Of a stretch of DNA of 30,393 nt, positions 1-8,448 are shown piece after piece. This DNA comes from a virus. Taxonomy: Duplodnaviria; Caudoviricetes. The position numbers and the translations under genes are program-made. Numbering within the stretch: position 1 is the stretch's first letter; each line of letters begins with the position of its first letter. The notes below the pieces were generated by a model, which was not told where the DNA came from, did no database searches, and saw nothing but the letters and a program-made list of their open reading frames with translations. The DNA lies in IMG/VR virus record IMGVR_UViG_3300032295_001253, positions 1 to 30,393 of that record; one strand, given 5' to 3'.

Positions 1-1064
1 GGATCTTGTGCAGATGCCAAGAGCTTGACATCTACATCACCACCCCTGGATGCAGGAAGAATTTCTACACCTTCTTTGATTCCATAGGCACCACCTAGCT
101 TTTCAGCATCTTGACGTGCATGCTGATTGATATAGTCAGCAAACATGTCTTGATACTTCCAGGTTGATTCCCGATCTTCATCAGGAATTGACATCTGGTT
201 TAGTGATTCGACTGCGGCTTCTTGGCTGCTGTAATCAGGGATACCAAAAGATTCAATTGCGCAGATTTCCACGTTGTTGGCACCACGCATTTCATTGGCA
301 AGTACCGGAGCAAATACGGTAGTTGCATAAAACTTTTCATTGAATGCTAACGGGATCTCAGAGTCCAGTGCTTTGCTCAAGCACTTAGACATTTCTTTCT
401 CATACAGTTTAATCTTGTCAGCAGCATCAGTGCCATTCAGTCCTTTCAAGGTAAGGACCATTGGGATCTTGTGTGCACGCTTGTTGTCTTCCGTCAGAAT
501 ATAAACAAGGTACTTGGTACGCACACCGTACTTACGCTTGTACATCTCACCTTTGCTATTGGCAAGATCAGATGCAGTCTTGTCGGCATCAAATAATACT
601 TTGACCGCTGGGTCATCAAAGGTACCAATCGTTTGCCTCATCCCAGTCGTTTCCTCAACCATGAGGGGAGAACGTAAAAGGATTTGAATTCGAGGCTCAA
701 CAAAATTGAGTCCTTCTTCAATTGAAGTATTGGGAGCTATACCAAAAGTCTGCTTGTAGTTCCAGAGAACTGAACCTTTAGCAAACTGATCCTCAGTGGC
801 GTTCCATCCACAAGTGTCAAGGTCTGAGTTCCGCACGAACCAACCTCGTGTCTTGGACTTGTTGAGAGGTTGAATTGTGACGAGATTCTGGTATCCGGAC
901 ACAAACTTTTTATCTTGGAAAAGTTTGAAGGAATCCAGTCCACGGGTAGCAAGGGCAGATGTTTTCTTAGTGGTCATGATCTTTACAGGAGTTTTAGTAG
1001 AGGTTTCAGAGGTTTGTTCAGTGTCAGAGTTAGGTTGTCTCAAAGAATCAAAAATAGAAGTCAT
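1..1064 (-). CDS. Conserved phage/cyanobacterial protein, DUF5895-like (runs off the left edge of the window)
   Basis: Missing from the ORF track. Translated by hand from ATG 1064 (MTSIFDSLRQ...RTKYLVYILTEDNKRAHKIPMVLTLKG...); open to position 1. Family call is from recalled motif resemblance and its position next to SSB. Confidence 0.6.
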   Translation of the reverse strand, partial: MTSIFDSLRQPNSDTEQTSETSTKTPVKIMTTKKTSALATRGLDSFKLFQDKKFVSGYQNLVTIQPLNKSKTRGWFVRNSDLDTCGWNATEDQFAKGSVLWNYKQTFGIAPNTSIEEGLNFVEPRIQILLRSPLMVEETTGMRQTIGTFDDPAVKVLFDADKTASDLANSKGEMYKRKYGVRTKYLVYILTEDNKRAHKIPMVLTLKGLNGTDAADKIKLYEKEMSKCLSKALDSEIPLAFNEKFYATTVFAPVLANEMRGANNVEICAIESFGIPDYSSQEAAVESLNQMSIPDEDRESTWKYQDMFADYINQHARQDAEKLGGAYGIKEGVEILPASRGGDVDVKLLASAQD

Positions 1065-1084
1065 GGTTGTTTGTTGTTGAGTAA

Positions 1085-1112
1085 TAGGCAGTTTAACGTC
1101 ATGCCTAGGACG
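1085..1112 (-). ncRNA. Repeated compact pseudoknot motif, copy 1
   Basis: CGUC-C-UAGGCA-U-GACG-UUAAAC-UGCCUA. Confidence 0.75.
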
Positions 1113-1117
1113 GTTAC

Positions 1118-1351
1118 TTAATTAGCTTCAAGAAAATTTTCTTTAAGCTCTTTAAGTTTCTTTTTCATGTCATTGTGTTCATCAACAATGTCTTCCATGT
1201 ATTCAATTACAAATTCCCTGGCAAAGCCACAGCCACACATAAACTGAACAAAAGCATCAATAATACTTGAGCCAAGATCAGCATTAAATGAAACCTGATA
1301 AGTGGTTTCATCATCAATGTGTTTGAATTCGTAGTGATTGTAAATAGTCAT
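1118..1351 (-). CDS. Hypothetical protein (77 aa)
   Basis: ORF co-oriented with and tightly packed among neighbours. Confidence 0.75.
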   Translation of the reverse strand: MTIYNHYEFKHIDDETTYQVSFNADLGSSIIDAFVQFMCGCGFAREFVIEYMEDIVDEHNDMKKKLKELKENFLEAN

Positions 1352-1356
1352 TGAGT

Positions 1357-2169
1357 TCAGAACGGAGGATCGGAGTCATCAGCCATACTGGTCAGGCCAT
1401 AGCCAGGCAGGTCAGGAAGCGCATTTCCAGTCTGGGCACCCCAGGGCTCAGCGATGTCTTCGGCGGTCTTGCCACCCCACAGACTAGCAACACCTGTGTT
1501 AGATGCAACGGTGGTTTGCGGGTTGATAGGCTTGGACTCATTGGTTCCCTTGGGAGCCAGGGTCATTGATACCAATTGAATCTTGGTTAGGTTCTTTTTC
1601 TCTTTGGTATCTTTATCAACCCAAGAGTCGGTAACAAGTTTGCCCTGGATACTAAGGCCAATACCTTTACGCGTAAAGTTAACAAGCAGTTCCGCATTGT
1701 TCAACTTATCTTCTGCAGTATTAATTGCATAGAAGTTAAACAGATCTGCTTGATTCCTTCCTGTATTAACAGAAAGAGTTTGATTACAGATCATTAAGCC
1801 ATCTGCCGTTGTCTTAAATGCACGTGCATCATTTTGATCAATATCTTTAACACAGCGACCACTAAGAATCACAGTGTTCAGAATTGGAAATGATGTATCT
1901 ACCTGGGTAACAATACCACCTTGCAGTGAATAAGTTTTGGAGTTTAAATCATACCGAAGCTTTGAACCATGAATATAAATCTGTGCACCTGCTGGTACAC
2001 GAGCAAAACGCTCAGCAGCTTTGCCGTAAATACTGAGTTGAATAGGTGTTGGAGCTTTGTTACCAACAGGTGGCAACAACAGATTGCATACGGTAGCAAA
2101 AGAATTTTCGCTAATAGCTTTTTCTTTTGGAACCTCAGTAGTTTGAGCGCAAAGGAATGAAAGATTCAT
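1357..2169 (-). CDS. ssb: Single-stranded DNA-binding protein with two tandem OB-fold-like halves
   Basis: SSB signatures NTVILSGR...KD and NFTRKGIGLSIQGKLVTDSWVDKDT; acidic C-terminal tail DDSDPPF; the N-half has a second copy (IYGKAAERFARVPAGAQIYIHGSKL). Confidence 0.8.
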   Translation of the reverse strand: MNLSFLCAQTTEVPKEKAISENSFATVCNLLLPPVGNKAPTPIQLSIYGKAAERFARVPAGAQIYIHGSKLRYDLNSKTYSLQGGIVTQVDTSFPILNTVILSGRCVKDIDQNDARAFKTTADGLMICNQTLSVNTGRNQADLFNFYAINTAEDKLNNAELLVNFTRKGIGLSIQGKLVTDSWVDKDTKEKKNLTKIQLVSMTLAPKGTNESKPINPQTTVASNTGVASLWGGKTAEDIAEPWGAQTGNALPDLPGYGLTSMADDSDPPF

Positions 2170-2190
2170 TGGATCAAAAGTCAGGTGGTA

Positions 2191-2217
2191 AGGCAGTTTA
2201 ACGTCATACCTAGGACG
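2191..2217 (-). ncRNA. Repeated compact pseudoknot motif, copy 2
   Basis: CGUC-CU-AGGUA-U-GACG-UUAAAC-UGCCU (one U-G wobble). Confidence 0.75.
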
Positions 2218-2227
2218 GAAACAACTA

Positions 2228-2497
2228 TTAAATACTTTGAATAATTTCTTCAGAATTTACAAGTTTTACTACAGTATAGTCAAGTTGTTCTTGTGATTTT
2301 TTTACACGATAAAGATTGCCTTGATATGTAAATAATTCATTACTCATTTTAGTTTTTGCTAAAACTGCATTAAGTTCAGAAGAAATTTCTTCAAATACTT
2401 GCAAAGCTTTTTCTTTTTGCATATGTAAAATAAACACACGTTTCAAATTAATGTCGGCATCAATTCCTTTTGTTTTTGATTTAATTTGATTTGTCAT
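2228..2497 (-). CDS. Hypothetical protein (89 aa, AT-rich)
   Basis: ORF lying between two identical pseudoknot repeats. Confidence 0.7.
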   Translation of the reverse strand: MTNQIKSKTKGIDADINLKRVFILHMQKEKALQVFEEISSELNAVLAKTKMSNELFTYQGNLYRVKKSQEQLDYTVVKLVNSEEIIQSI

Positions 2498-2518
2498 AAT
2501 AAAAGAAAATAAATTGTA

Positions 2519-2545
2519 AGGCAGTTTAACGTCATACCTAGGACG
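2519..2545 (-). ncRNA. Repeated compact pseudoknot motif, copy 3
   Basis: Identical to copy 2. Confidence 0.75.
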
Positions 2546-2550
2546 GTTGG

Positions 2551-2718
2551 TTAACGCTTAGGGTGAAGGCATGCGTCATAAAGCAGCCAATACAACCAAC
2601 CAAGGACAAACCCCTGGGGCCAAGTAAAAGCAAATGCGTACTTGATTGCTACCACGTACAGCGCAAGAGCAAGTATTCCACCAATTGCTTTACCAATTAG
2701 CTCTTTGTTTGAATCCAT
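2551..2718 (-). CDS. Small membrane protein (55 aa, two hydrophobic segments)
   Basis: Translated by hand: MDSNKELIGKAIGGILALALYVVAIKYAFAFTWPQGFVLGWLYWLLYDACLHPKR; ATG abuts the polA stop codon. Confidence 0.7.
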   Translation of the reverse strand: MDSNKELIGKAIGGILALALYVVAIKYAFAFTWPQGFVLGWLYWLLYDACLHPKR

Positions 2719-4539
2719 TTAGTGGGTATCAAGCCAGGTGTATCCTACCTTGGCATCGCCATCAATAGGACAGCGGAATCCAAAGAATTGTTGCGCTGCA
2801 GGGAATGCGTTTAATGCATGACCTTTTAATGTTTCCACAAGGTTTGGTGCACAGCTTAATTGAATTTCGTCATGGATCATGCCTTGTTGTTGCCAGTCAA
2901 CTCCGTATTGATAACCAGCTTCTTCCATTGTTTGGTGCAAACCAATCACAACTTGTTTCATAATTAATGCACCAGAAGATTGCAGCAATACATTCAATCC
3001 TTTAAAGTCAGACCTGCAATACAAAATACGTTTGTCTAATCCATACAACCAGCCGCGATCTTGAATCATCAAAGTAATTTCACTCTTCAATCGTTTAAGT
3101 GCGGGTAGTCCACGCATGAATGAGTTAATTGCATTACTTCCTAGTTGACGCAGAACCTCTTCATCTTTTTCATCTGGATCAATAATAGTTCCAGCTTTTA
3201 AAGATCCACATCCATACAACAATCCATACAACAAACGTTTGCTGATGTCCCTGGTAGCCACACCAAACTTCTCTTGGTTGTATGTATGGATATCAATGTC
3301 AGAGTTGGTTACAACAGAGGCATATTCTCCGTCATCCCAGATGGCAAGGTATCCAGCGAGGCAACGTAACTCAAGTGCTTTAGCGTCAACACCAATGAGA
3401 GACCACCCGTCAGGAGCATGGAACAAGTCTCGACATTCTTTTCCATACGGGGAGTAAGCAGCAGGGACTTGGCCCATATTTGGATTGCGGTGTGCGCACC
3501 TCCCAGTAATGCAACCGTTAGTAATAAGATCGCCGTGGATACATCCAGTGTCATTGTTGACAAGTTTGAGCCAAGCATTGTTGCCATCAGCAATTTGACC
3601 AAGACGTTTCTCAATCAACATATATTCTGCTAACGGTTTAGCTTCTGGATACGGCAACTTCTCAATGACTTCGTCATCAAGAATTGGATTACCTTTCTTG
3701 GTTAATTTTTCAGGTTGCCAATTGTACTTTTGTTTTAAACGATCAGTAATCTGTTGCCTAGATCCAGGGTTAAATTCTTCAACACGTATTTTTTCAAATG
3801 GCACACCTTTGACATAGCCACGAGTTTTGTTGTTTACTTTTGGAATAAATACTTCTTTATGTTCAATAGGTGGAAAGATTTCTTTTAGGTGTGTTGCAAG
3901 TTCCGTTTCTTTTGTTCTGAGACCATCCACCAGATCAAGGCATGCATCAACATCAAAAGGAAAACCTGATCTAATTTGTCTTTCAATTGCCAAAGCAAAG
4001 TCATGCTCCAGCTTGAGCGCTGGTTCCGGATAGCTTTGTTGCTGGATGTGCTGGAATAATTTATAGGTAACTGATACGTCTTGCCTGCAGTAGGCCGCCA
4101 TTTCTTCTGAGTATTCAGAAAAATCTTTGAAGTCAATTTTGTAATCTGATAGACGATAACCCCAAGCCTTGAGCGCTGCTGAACCACACAAGTTCTTTGG
4201 AACTTGCGTATGTTGTTCTGTGTCAAGTTCATAGAGTTTTTCTTTAGGCCAGATGAGTCGAGTACAAATGAGTGTATCAATGATCCGTGCTTCCGTATAA
4301 AACGGATAAAGCTTACGGATCACTGGAATGTCATAGAACAGAATGTTGTGTCCTATTAGAACATGACCGCAAGCCAAATGCTCAAGAGCATCGTCAATGC
4401 GGTCAGGCCCATAAGTAGTAGTTTTGTTTCCGTAGATATCATGGATGACAATGCAGTGAATCTTAGTGACCTTGTCATAAAGATTATCAGATTCGATATC
4501 GAATACAAGCCAACGTTCAATGTCTGAACTTGCCTTCAT
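2719..4539 (-). CDS. polA: DNA polymerase, family A (T7-like, 3'-5' exonuclease plus polymerase)
   Basis: ExoI FDIESD, ExoII GHNILFYDIP, ExoIII YCRQDV; motif A GVDAKALELR; motif B RDISKRLLYGLLYG; motif C HDEIQ. Start at 4539 preferred; 4584 is possible. Confidence 0.97.
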   Translation of the reverse strand: MKASSDIERWLVFDIESDNLYDKVTKIHCIVIHDIYGNKTTTYGPDRIDDALEHLACGHVLIGHNILFYDIPVIRKLYPFYTEARIIDTLICTRLIWPKEKLYELDTEQHTQVPKNLCGSAALKAWGYRLSDYKIDFKDFSEYSEEMAAYCRQDVSVTYKLFQHIQQQSYPEPALKLEHDFALAIERQIRSGFPFDVDACLDLVDGLRTKETELATHLKEIFPPIEHKEVFIPKVNNKTRGYVKGVPFEKIRVEEFNPGSRQQITDRLKQKYNWQPEKLTKKGNPILDDEVIEKLPYPEAKPLAEYMLIEKRLGQIADGNNAWLKLVNNDTGCIHGDLITNGCITGRCAHRNPNMGQVPAAYSPYGKECRDLFHAPDGWSLIGVDAKALELRCLAGYLAIWDDGEYASVVTNSDIDIHTYNQEKFGVATRDISKRLLYGLLYGCGSLKAGTIIDPDEKDEEVLRQLGSNAINSFMRGLPALKRLKSEITLMIQDRGWLYGLDKRILYCRSDFKGLNVLLQSSGALIMKQVVIGLHQTMEEAGYQYGVDWQQQGMIHDEIQLSCAPNLVETLKGHALNAFPAAQQFFGFRCPIDGDAKVGYTWLDTH

Positions 4540-4750
4540 CGCAAACGTAGAGTTCTTCACTGGCAAGGTCGGAGTCATTGTCATTAATCCAATTCAAGAT
4601 TTGTGTTGCGCCAATCCTGTACGGATGACAGAAAACTTTGGCTAAATCCGAATCAGATTCTACAGGAATCAAAACAAAAGAATTGGCTTCTTTGTCTGCT
4701 CGGATGCAGTAGTTTACATTGTTTTTACTTGTGGTAATAACGTAAGGCAT
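4517..4750 (-). CDS. Hypothetical protein
   Basis: ORF with likely start MPYVITT at 4750; the longer ORF-track start runs through a hairpin. Confidence 0.65.
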   Translation of the reverse strand: MPYVITTSKNNVNYCIRADKEANSFVLIPVESDSDLAKVFCHPYRIGATQILNWINDNDSDLASEELYVCDEGKFRH

Positions 4751-4758
4751 AAAAGATT

Positions 4759-4791
4759 TGGGAAAGCCTGTTAATAATACAAGCTTTCCCA
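4759..4791. other. Intergenic hairpin (terminator or processing site)
   Basis: TGGGAAAGCCTGT-loop-ACAAGCTTTCCCA inverted repeat. Confidence 0.5.
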
Positions 4792-4822
4792 CTAAATGCA
4801 ACTATGTCAGCACATCAATATT

Positions 4823-5584
4823 TTACTTTTTGTAACCAGTCCACTTGTTTTCTTTACGTCGCTTGTTCAGGGCTTTTTGTGCGTCAGAGCCAGCGCGTTG
4901 CACATTGTGAACAAGAAGTGCAAACGGCTTGGGACCAAAGCAGTGGGAATCGTCATGGTCAATGTCAAGACCCATTTGCTCAGCCTGTTCTTCTGTGTAC
5001 ACAACATAAGCAACACGATAAAACACCTCTGGATACCTGGGGATCAAGTAATCAAGAGTGCCGCCTACTGATGCGGTTAAGTAAAAGTTATCAGGAATCT
5101 CGTGACGTTTTTCATACCACATACCTAGTGACTTTGTAAAAGCATATAGTTTGAGTTTTGGATTATTACGTGCAACTTGCAACCATGCATTGAAATAAAC
5201 TTGGGTCCAAAAGTCACCTGATTCATGGATGCGCAATAGATCATACTTGGATCTAACTGGTTGTGATTCTTCAATTGATTGTTGAATCAAAGCAACAAGA
5301 GCATCTGTTGGGTTGTCTGAAGTATACATAACTTCTTTGATTAGATCCCAGTTGCGCCAGCGACTGTTACGTACGGCAGGTCTAGTTTCTGCCATAGCAG
5401 CAAAGCAACGGTAGTCTTGCCAAGCTGGACCGTTCTCCTGAGGCAAGTCAGTAATTGTCCCTGTGATACGGTCAGCCAATGTTTTGCACACACCAGCGTG
5501 AGGGCATGAGTAACCAGCGGGCAAGCTAAAGATCAAACGCTTACCAAGCTTGGCGTTACCGGTTGAAAAGTTGAGTAAGTCCAT
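4823..5584 (-). CDS. Phage GP88-like protein (Cys-rich, probable Fe-S / radical-SAM-related fold)
   Basis: GNAKLG..FSLPAGYSCPHAGVC...CFA and RIHESGDF...YAFTKS motifs typical of gene-product-88 family proteins. Confidence 0.75.
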   Translation of the reverse strand: MDLLNFSTGNAKLGKRLIFSLPAGYSCPHAGVCKTLADRITGTITDLPQENGPAWQDYRCFAAMAETRPAVRNSRWRNWDLIKEVMYTSDNPTDALVALIQQSIEESQPVRSKYDLLRIHESGDFWTQVYFNAWLQVARNNPKLKLYAFTKSLGMWYEKRHEIPDNFYLTASVGGTLDYLIPRYPEVFYRVAYVVYTEEQAEQMGLDIDHDDSHCFGPKPFALLVHNVQRAGSDAQKALNKRRKENKWTGYKK

Positions 5585-5618
5585 GGGTTGAATTAAATTG
5601 ATTAATAAAACTAATGAA

Positions 5619-5642
5619 TGAGTTTAAGGACATCTCAGGTCC
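5619..5642 (-). ncRNA. Repeated pseudoknot motif, variant copy 4
   Basis: GGAC-C-UGAG-AU-GUCC-UUAAA-CUCA; stem 1 compensated to GGAC/GUCC. Confidence 0.65.
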
Positions 5643-5650
5643 ATGCAAGT

Positions 5651-5947
5651 TTACAGCATAATCTGTGACTCTCGAAACTGTTCACGACTCATGCGTAATG
5701 TAATTTGATCTCCATTGTCTGGTGTGTCGTTAGGTCCTTGATGAACTAACAACTCCCAAACATGTTCATTGATACGCATAACGTCTCTACAGTATTCAAG
5801 AATAAGCCGGTCTTTGTCTTGTCCTGGTTTATAAGCCAAGACTTTTTTATAAGTATCAAATGGAACATCTTCGTCTTCTTGTGTGTAACACGCAATCCAA
5901 TAACGTGCAGTCTTTTCAGTTTGCTTGGTAGCGGCAAATCCTTTCAT
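5651..5947 (-). CDS. Hypothetical protein (98 aa)
   Basis: ORF with ATG start, co-oriented with neighbours. Confidence 0.75.
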   Translation of the reverse strand: MKGFAATKQTEKTARYWIACYTQEDEDVPFDTYKKVLAYKPGQDKDRLILEYCRDVMRINEHVWELLVHQGPNDTPDNGDQITLRMSREQFRESQIML

Positions 5948-6045
5948 GTTTTGTTGCGTAGTGAACTACATGAATTAAATAAATAACGTACAGTATTTGT
6001 AACAATAGTTACCATTATGAAAACTGGATTTATTATTTACCTAAG

Positions 6046-6088
6046 CAATAAAAAAGCAAAAGAGATTCGAAAAGGAATCGAATCTCTT
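6046..6088 (-). terminator. Probable intrinsic terminator
   Basis: 11-bp stem AAGAGATTCGA/TCGAATCTCTT followed on the minus strand by UUGCUUUUUU. Confidence 0.55.
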
Positions 6089-6129
6089 CATGCCGTCAAA
6101 GCATTAGGTAAACAACCTACTGCAGTTGT

Positions 6130-6435
6130 TTAAGTCCCATAAAGTTGTGCTGTATAATCTTCAAGAATTTGAGGCAACTCAGATTCAAAACACAGGCGAG
6201 CTTGTGCATGCTCACCTGTTGTGTTGTTGTCCCACTTTACTTGACAGTAAGCAGACTCAGTACCATTGCTGTTCTTTTTTTGTCGAATAGCAATAATTGT
6301 TCCATAGCGTTGCGTGCAATTCTTTGCAACAATTTCAGCTTTCCATTTTGAAATGCCTGGAATAAATGTTGCTTTAGGTTTTTCAGCAACGCGATCACCT
6401 GGTTGAAAGCGAATAACTTTTTTGTACTTAGACAT
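6130..6435 (-). CDS. Hypothetical protein (SH3/KOW-like FQPGDRV...VKWD)
   Basis: Likely start MSKYKK at 6435, overlapping the end of the upstream gene. Confidence 0.65.
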   Translation of the reverse strand: MSKYKKVIRFQPGDRVAEKPKATFIPGISKWKAEIVAKNCTQRYGTIIAIRQKKNSNGTESAYCQVKWDNNTTGEHAQARLCFESELPQILEDYTAQLYGT

Positions 6436-6775
6436 GGTTCCACATTTTACGTTTGACAATGCGATAAACAGTTTGAGGATGAATGCCAAATTGTTTGGCA
6501 ATGTCTTTGTAAATTACATTTTGTTCTGCAAGCTCTCGAATCTTCCTAACGTTTTCTTCAAGCAATACAGAACTTCCGTTTGCCTCTCCTTTTTTGACAT
6601 GGTTAACATGAATAGATCCTCCTGGTTTAGCACCACGTTTTTTGAGTGCATACATTTCAATTGTCTTAAATCGTTTGTCGCAATCTAAACATCTGCAGTA
6701 ACGCCAAGTCTCGTTACCTAGATGTTCTGTAGCAGTTACTCGTGTTTGTTTTGAGTTGCAGAAACGACACTTCAT
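6428..6775 (-). CDS. NrdR-type Zn-ribbon fused to a helix-turn-helix; putative transcription regulator
   Basis: MKCRFC..TRV....WRYCRCLDCDKRFKTIE resembles the NrdR N-terminus; C-terminal YKDIAKQFGIHPQTVYRIV is HTH-like; no ATP-cone. Confidence 0.7.
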   Translation of the reverse strand: MKCRFCNSKQTRVTATEHLGNETWRYCRCLDCDKRFKTIEMYALKKRGAKPGGSIHVNHVKKGEANGSSVLLEENVRKIRELAEQNVIYKDIAKQFGIHPQTVYRIVKRKMWNHV

Positions 6776-6829
6776 TTGTTTTCATAACTAGCTTTTGTAC
6801 TTTCAATTGCATCTAGTGATGGTTGTCGG

Positions 6830-7027
6830 TTAATCATTAGCGCCATCCAGCTCAGCGGCGATGGCGAGAATGTTTTTCTCAGTGATACCAAAATACTTAA
6901 GTTCTTGTACAACAGCTCGTAGGGCGGCGGCCATGGCGTAACGGTCTTCATGCTGCAGGGAAGGATCCCATGGACTCTTCCAGTAGGCGTCTAATATTGC
7001 CTGCGCAGCAGGGGAAAGGTTAGTCAT
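6830..7027 (-). CDS. Hypothetical phage protein (LSPAAQAILDA...AAALRA type)
   Basis: ORF overlapping the upstream stop (TAATG). Confidence 0.75.
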   Translation of the reverse strand: MTNLSPAAQAILDAYWKSPWDPSLQHEDRYAMAAALRAVVQELKYFGITEKNILAIAAELDGAND

Positions 7028-7368
7028 TAGTAAGCAATGCGTACAGTAGCAATACCATCTAGAGGTACACCTAATTTATAGGCTGCACCTGCAGATAGAT
7101 CTAGTGAGTTGCAATCACAACGATCAGTTACCGGTACAACCAATGATCGACCTTTGTAACTGACCCGGACTTTGGTCCCACATTCCAACCATGGATGCGC
7201 TGCTGACAAACCCCAGTGTTGATATGTATTACCGCAGTAGGTGATGCGTCCGTGGTACCAGTCGTGATAAACAGTTGCAGTAACTGGTCTTCCGTGACCC
7301 GTACCGTGATGTGCAAATGCTGGTCCTTGCATAAACATTGCAGCAATAAACAGAATGCGTTTAATCAT
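7027..7368 (-). CDS. RlpA-like double-psi beta-barrel lytic transglycosylase with signal peptide
   Basis: ATVY..WYHGRIT.CG..Y....SAAHPWL.CGTKVRV....VPVTDRC...LDLS..AA..LG; N-terminal MIKRILFIAAMF...AFA signal peptide. Confidence 0.85.
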   Translation of the reverse strand: MIKRILFIAAMFMQGPAFAHHGTGHGRPVTATVYHDWYHGRITYCGNTYQHWGLSAAHPWLECGTKVRVSYKGRSLVVPVTDRCDCNSLDLSAGAAYKLGVPLDGIATVRIAY

Positions 7369-7687
7369 CGAGTTGTTCCAGTGCTTTACGAACAATTGAA
7401 AAGTCGTTAATGTCCCAACTTGGGTCTTCTGCTTTATCTAGCAAAGCCAGCGCCTGTTTCTTTAAGCTCGGCGGCTTGGGGCGGCGTGCGGCGCGGAGTT
7501 CTAGTGCAAGACTTTCGCGGAGATCGCGGGCAAAATAATGGCAGCACGCCTCCAGCTCCTGGTCGGCACCGTATCGGGCAGCTTCAATTAACAATTCATT
7601 AATTCCTTTGTTGCAATAATCATGTTGCTCAAGCCAAAGCTGCAATAATTCTGCTGGTGGAATAATGGGGTGTTGTTGATTAGTCAT
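7361..7687 (-). CDS. Hypothetical phage protein (GADQELEAC...RRPKPPSLK type)
   Basis: ORF overlapping both neighbours. Confidence 0.75.
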   Translation of the reverse strand: MTNQQHPIIPPAELLQLWLEQHDYCNKGINELLIEAARYGADQELEACCHYFARDLRESLALELRAARRPKPPSLKKQALALLDKAEDPSWDINDFSIVRKALEQLDD

Positions 7688-8012
7688 TGTTGTTAGTTGG
7701 CTGTTGAATTTTTTCTAGTTGAAGAGCATCTAACAAATATGTTGTTTGATCTTCACCAAGAATCTTAAATGCATCAACAATTAAATCTTTGTTTAGTTCA
7801 TTTGATTTGTAGTAATCATCAAGGATCTCAAGTGCACGTTCGTCACCTGTTGGATCACCAGTTAGTTGTTCAAGAATTTGAGTTGGCATTACATCAACCA
7901 TTGCATCAATTAATTGTTCTTTAACAATTACCCATGTCCATTCTGGAATGTTGTCACATACCAGATCAACAAGATCAAGGTTGATTGCTTTGTTTGGATT
8001 GTTTGAAATCAT
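7680..8012 (-). CDS. Hypothetical acidic protein (110 aa)
   Basis: ORF. Confidence 0.75.
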   Translation of the reverse strand: MISNNPNKAINLDLVDLVCDNIPEWTWVIVKEQLIDAMVDVMPTQILEQLTGDPTGDERALEILDDYYKSNELNKDLIVDAFKILGEDQTTYLLDALQLEKIQQPTNNND

Positions 8013-8014
8013 AG

Positions 8015-8042
8015 AAAAGAAAAAGCCCCCATTACTGGAGGC
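8015..8042 (-). terminator. Possible intrinsic terminator
   Basis: GCCUCC-AGUAAU-GGGGGC followed by a U-rich tract on the minus strand. Confidence 0.45.
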
Positions 8043-8062
8043 CCCTCGCCTTCGTGTGTAGA

Positions 8063-8425
8063 TTAAACGGCTTGAGCGCTGGTGTCAACAGGTTCACCAA
8101 CCATTCCAGCATCTCTTAATCTATCAAGCATTTGACACATGATCGTGGCATGCTCATGGGTTTTCTCCATGAATGCCATAGCACGGTCTGCTGAAATGGT
8201 ATGGACTGTGCCATTGGCTTCTGTGTATTGCCAACTGCCATCAGGCTGTGGCTGCCCTTGGAGCGCAAGACGCTCTGAGTTACGAACGTACTTGAGTTCT
8301 AGGTTGTGACTATCAGTCAAACCCTCTGGATCAGTCCATGTGAGTCCAAGGTTATAGCGCTTGTCCCCATCCATGTATGCATGGGGTTGAGGAATGAGAT
8401 GTTTGACAACAGCAAAAATTGACAT
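8063..8425 (-). CDS. Hypothetical protein
   Basis: Likely start MSIFAVV at 8425; the ORF-track start lies inside the tRNA. Confidence 0.75.
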   Translation of the reverse strand: MSIFAVVKHLIPQPHAYMDGDKRYNLGLTWTDPEGLTDSHNLELKYVRNSERLALQGQPQPDGSWQYTEANGTVHTISADRAMAFMEKTHEHATIMCQMLDRLRDAGMVGEPVDTSAQAV

Positions 8426-8448
8426 GATGTTTAAGTTAAGTGTGAAGT

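Noticed and set aside
737-1121. Track ORFs 737-952 (-), 870-1121 (+) and 877-1080 (+), and similar short ORFs nested in polA, PcfJ, terL and virion genes
   Set aside because: They overlap longer, better-supported genes (here the 1-1064 minus CDS) and look like alternative-frame noise
6017-6133. 38-aa plus-strand ORF (MKTGFIIYLSNKK...) inside the minus arm
   Set aside because: It coincides with the minus-strand terminator hairpin, opposes all neighbours and has no recognisable features
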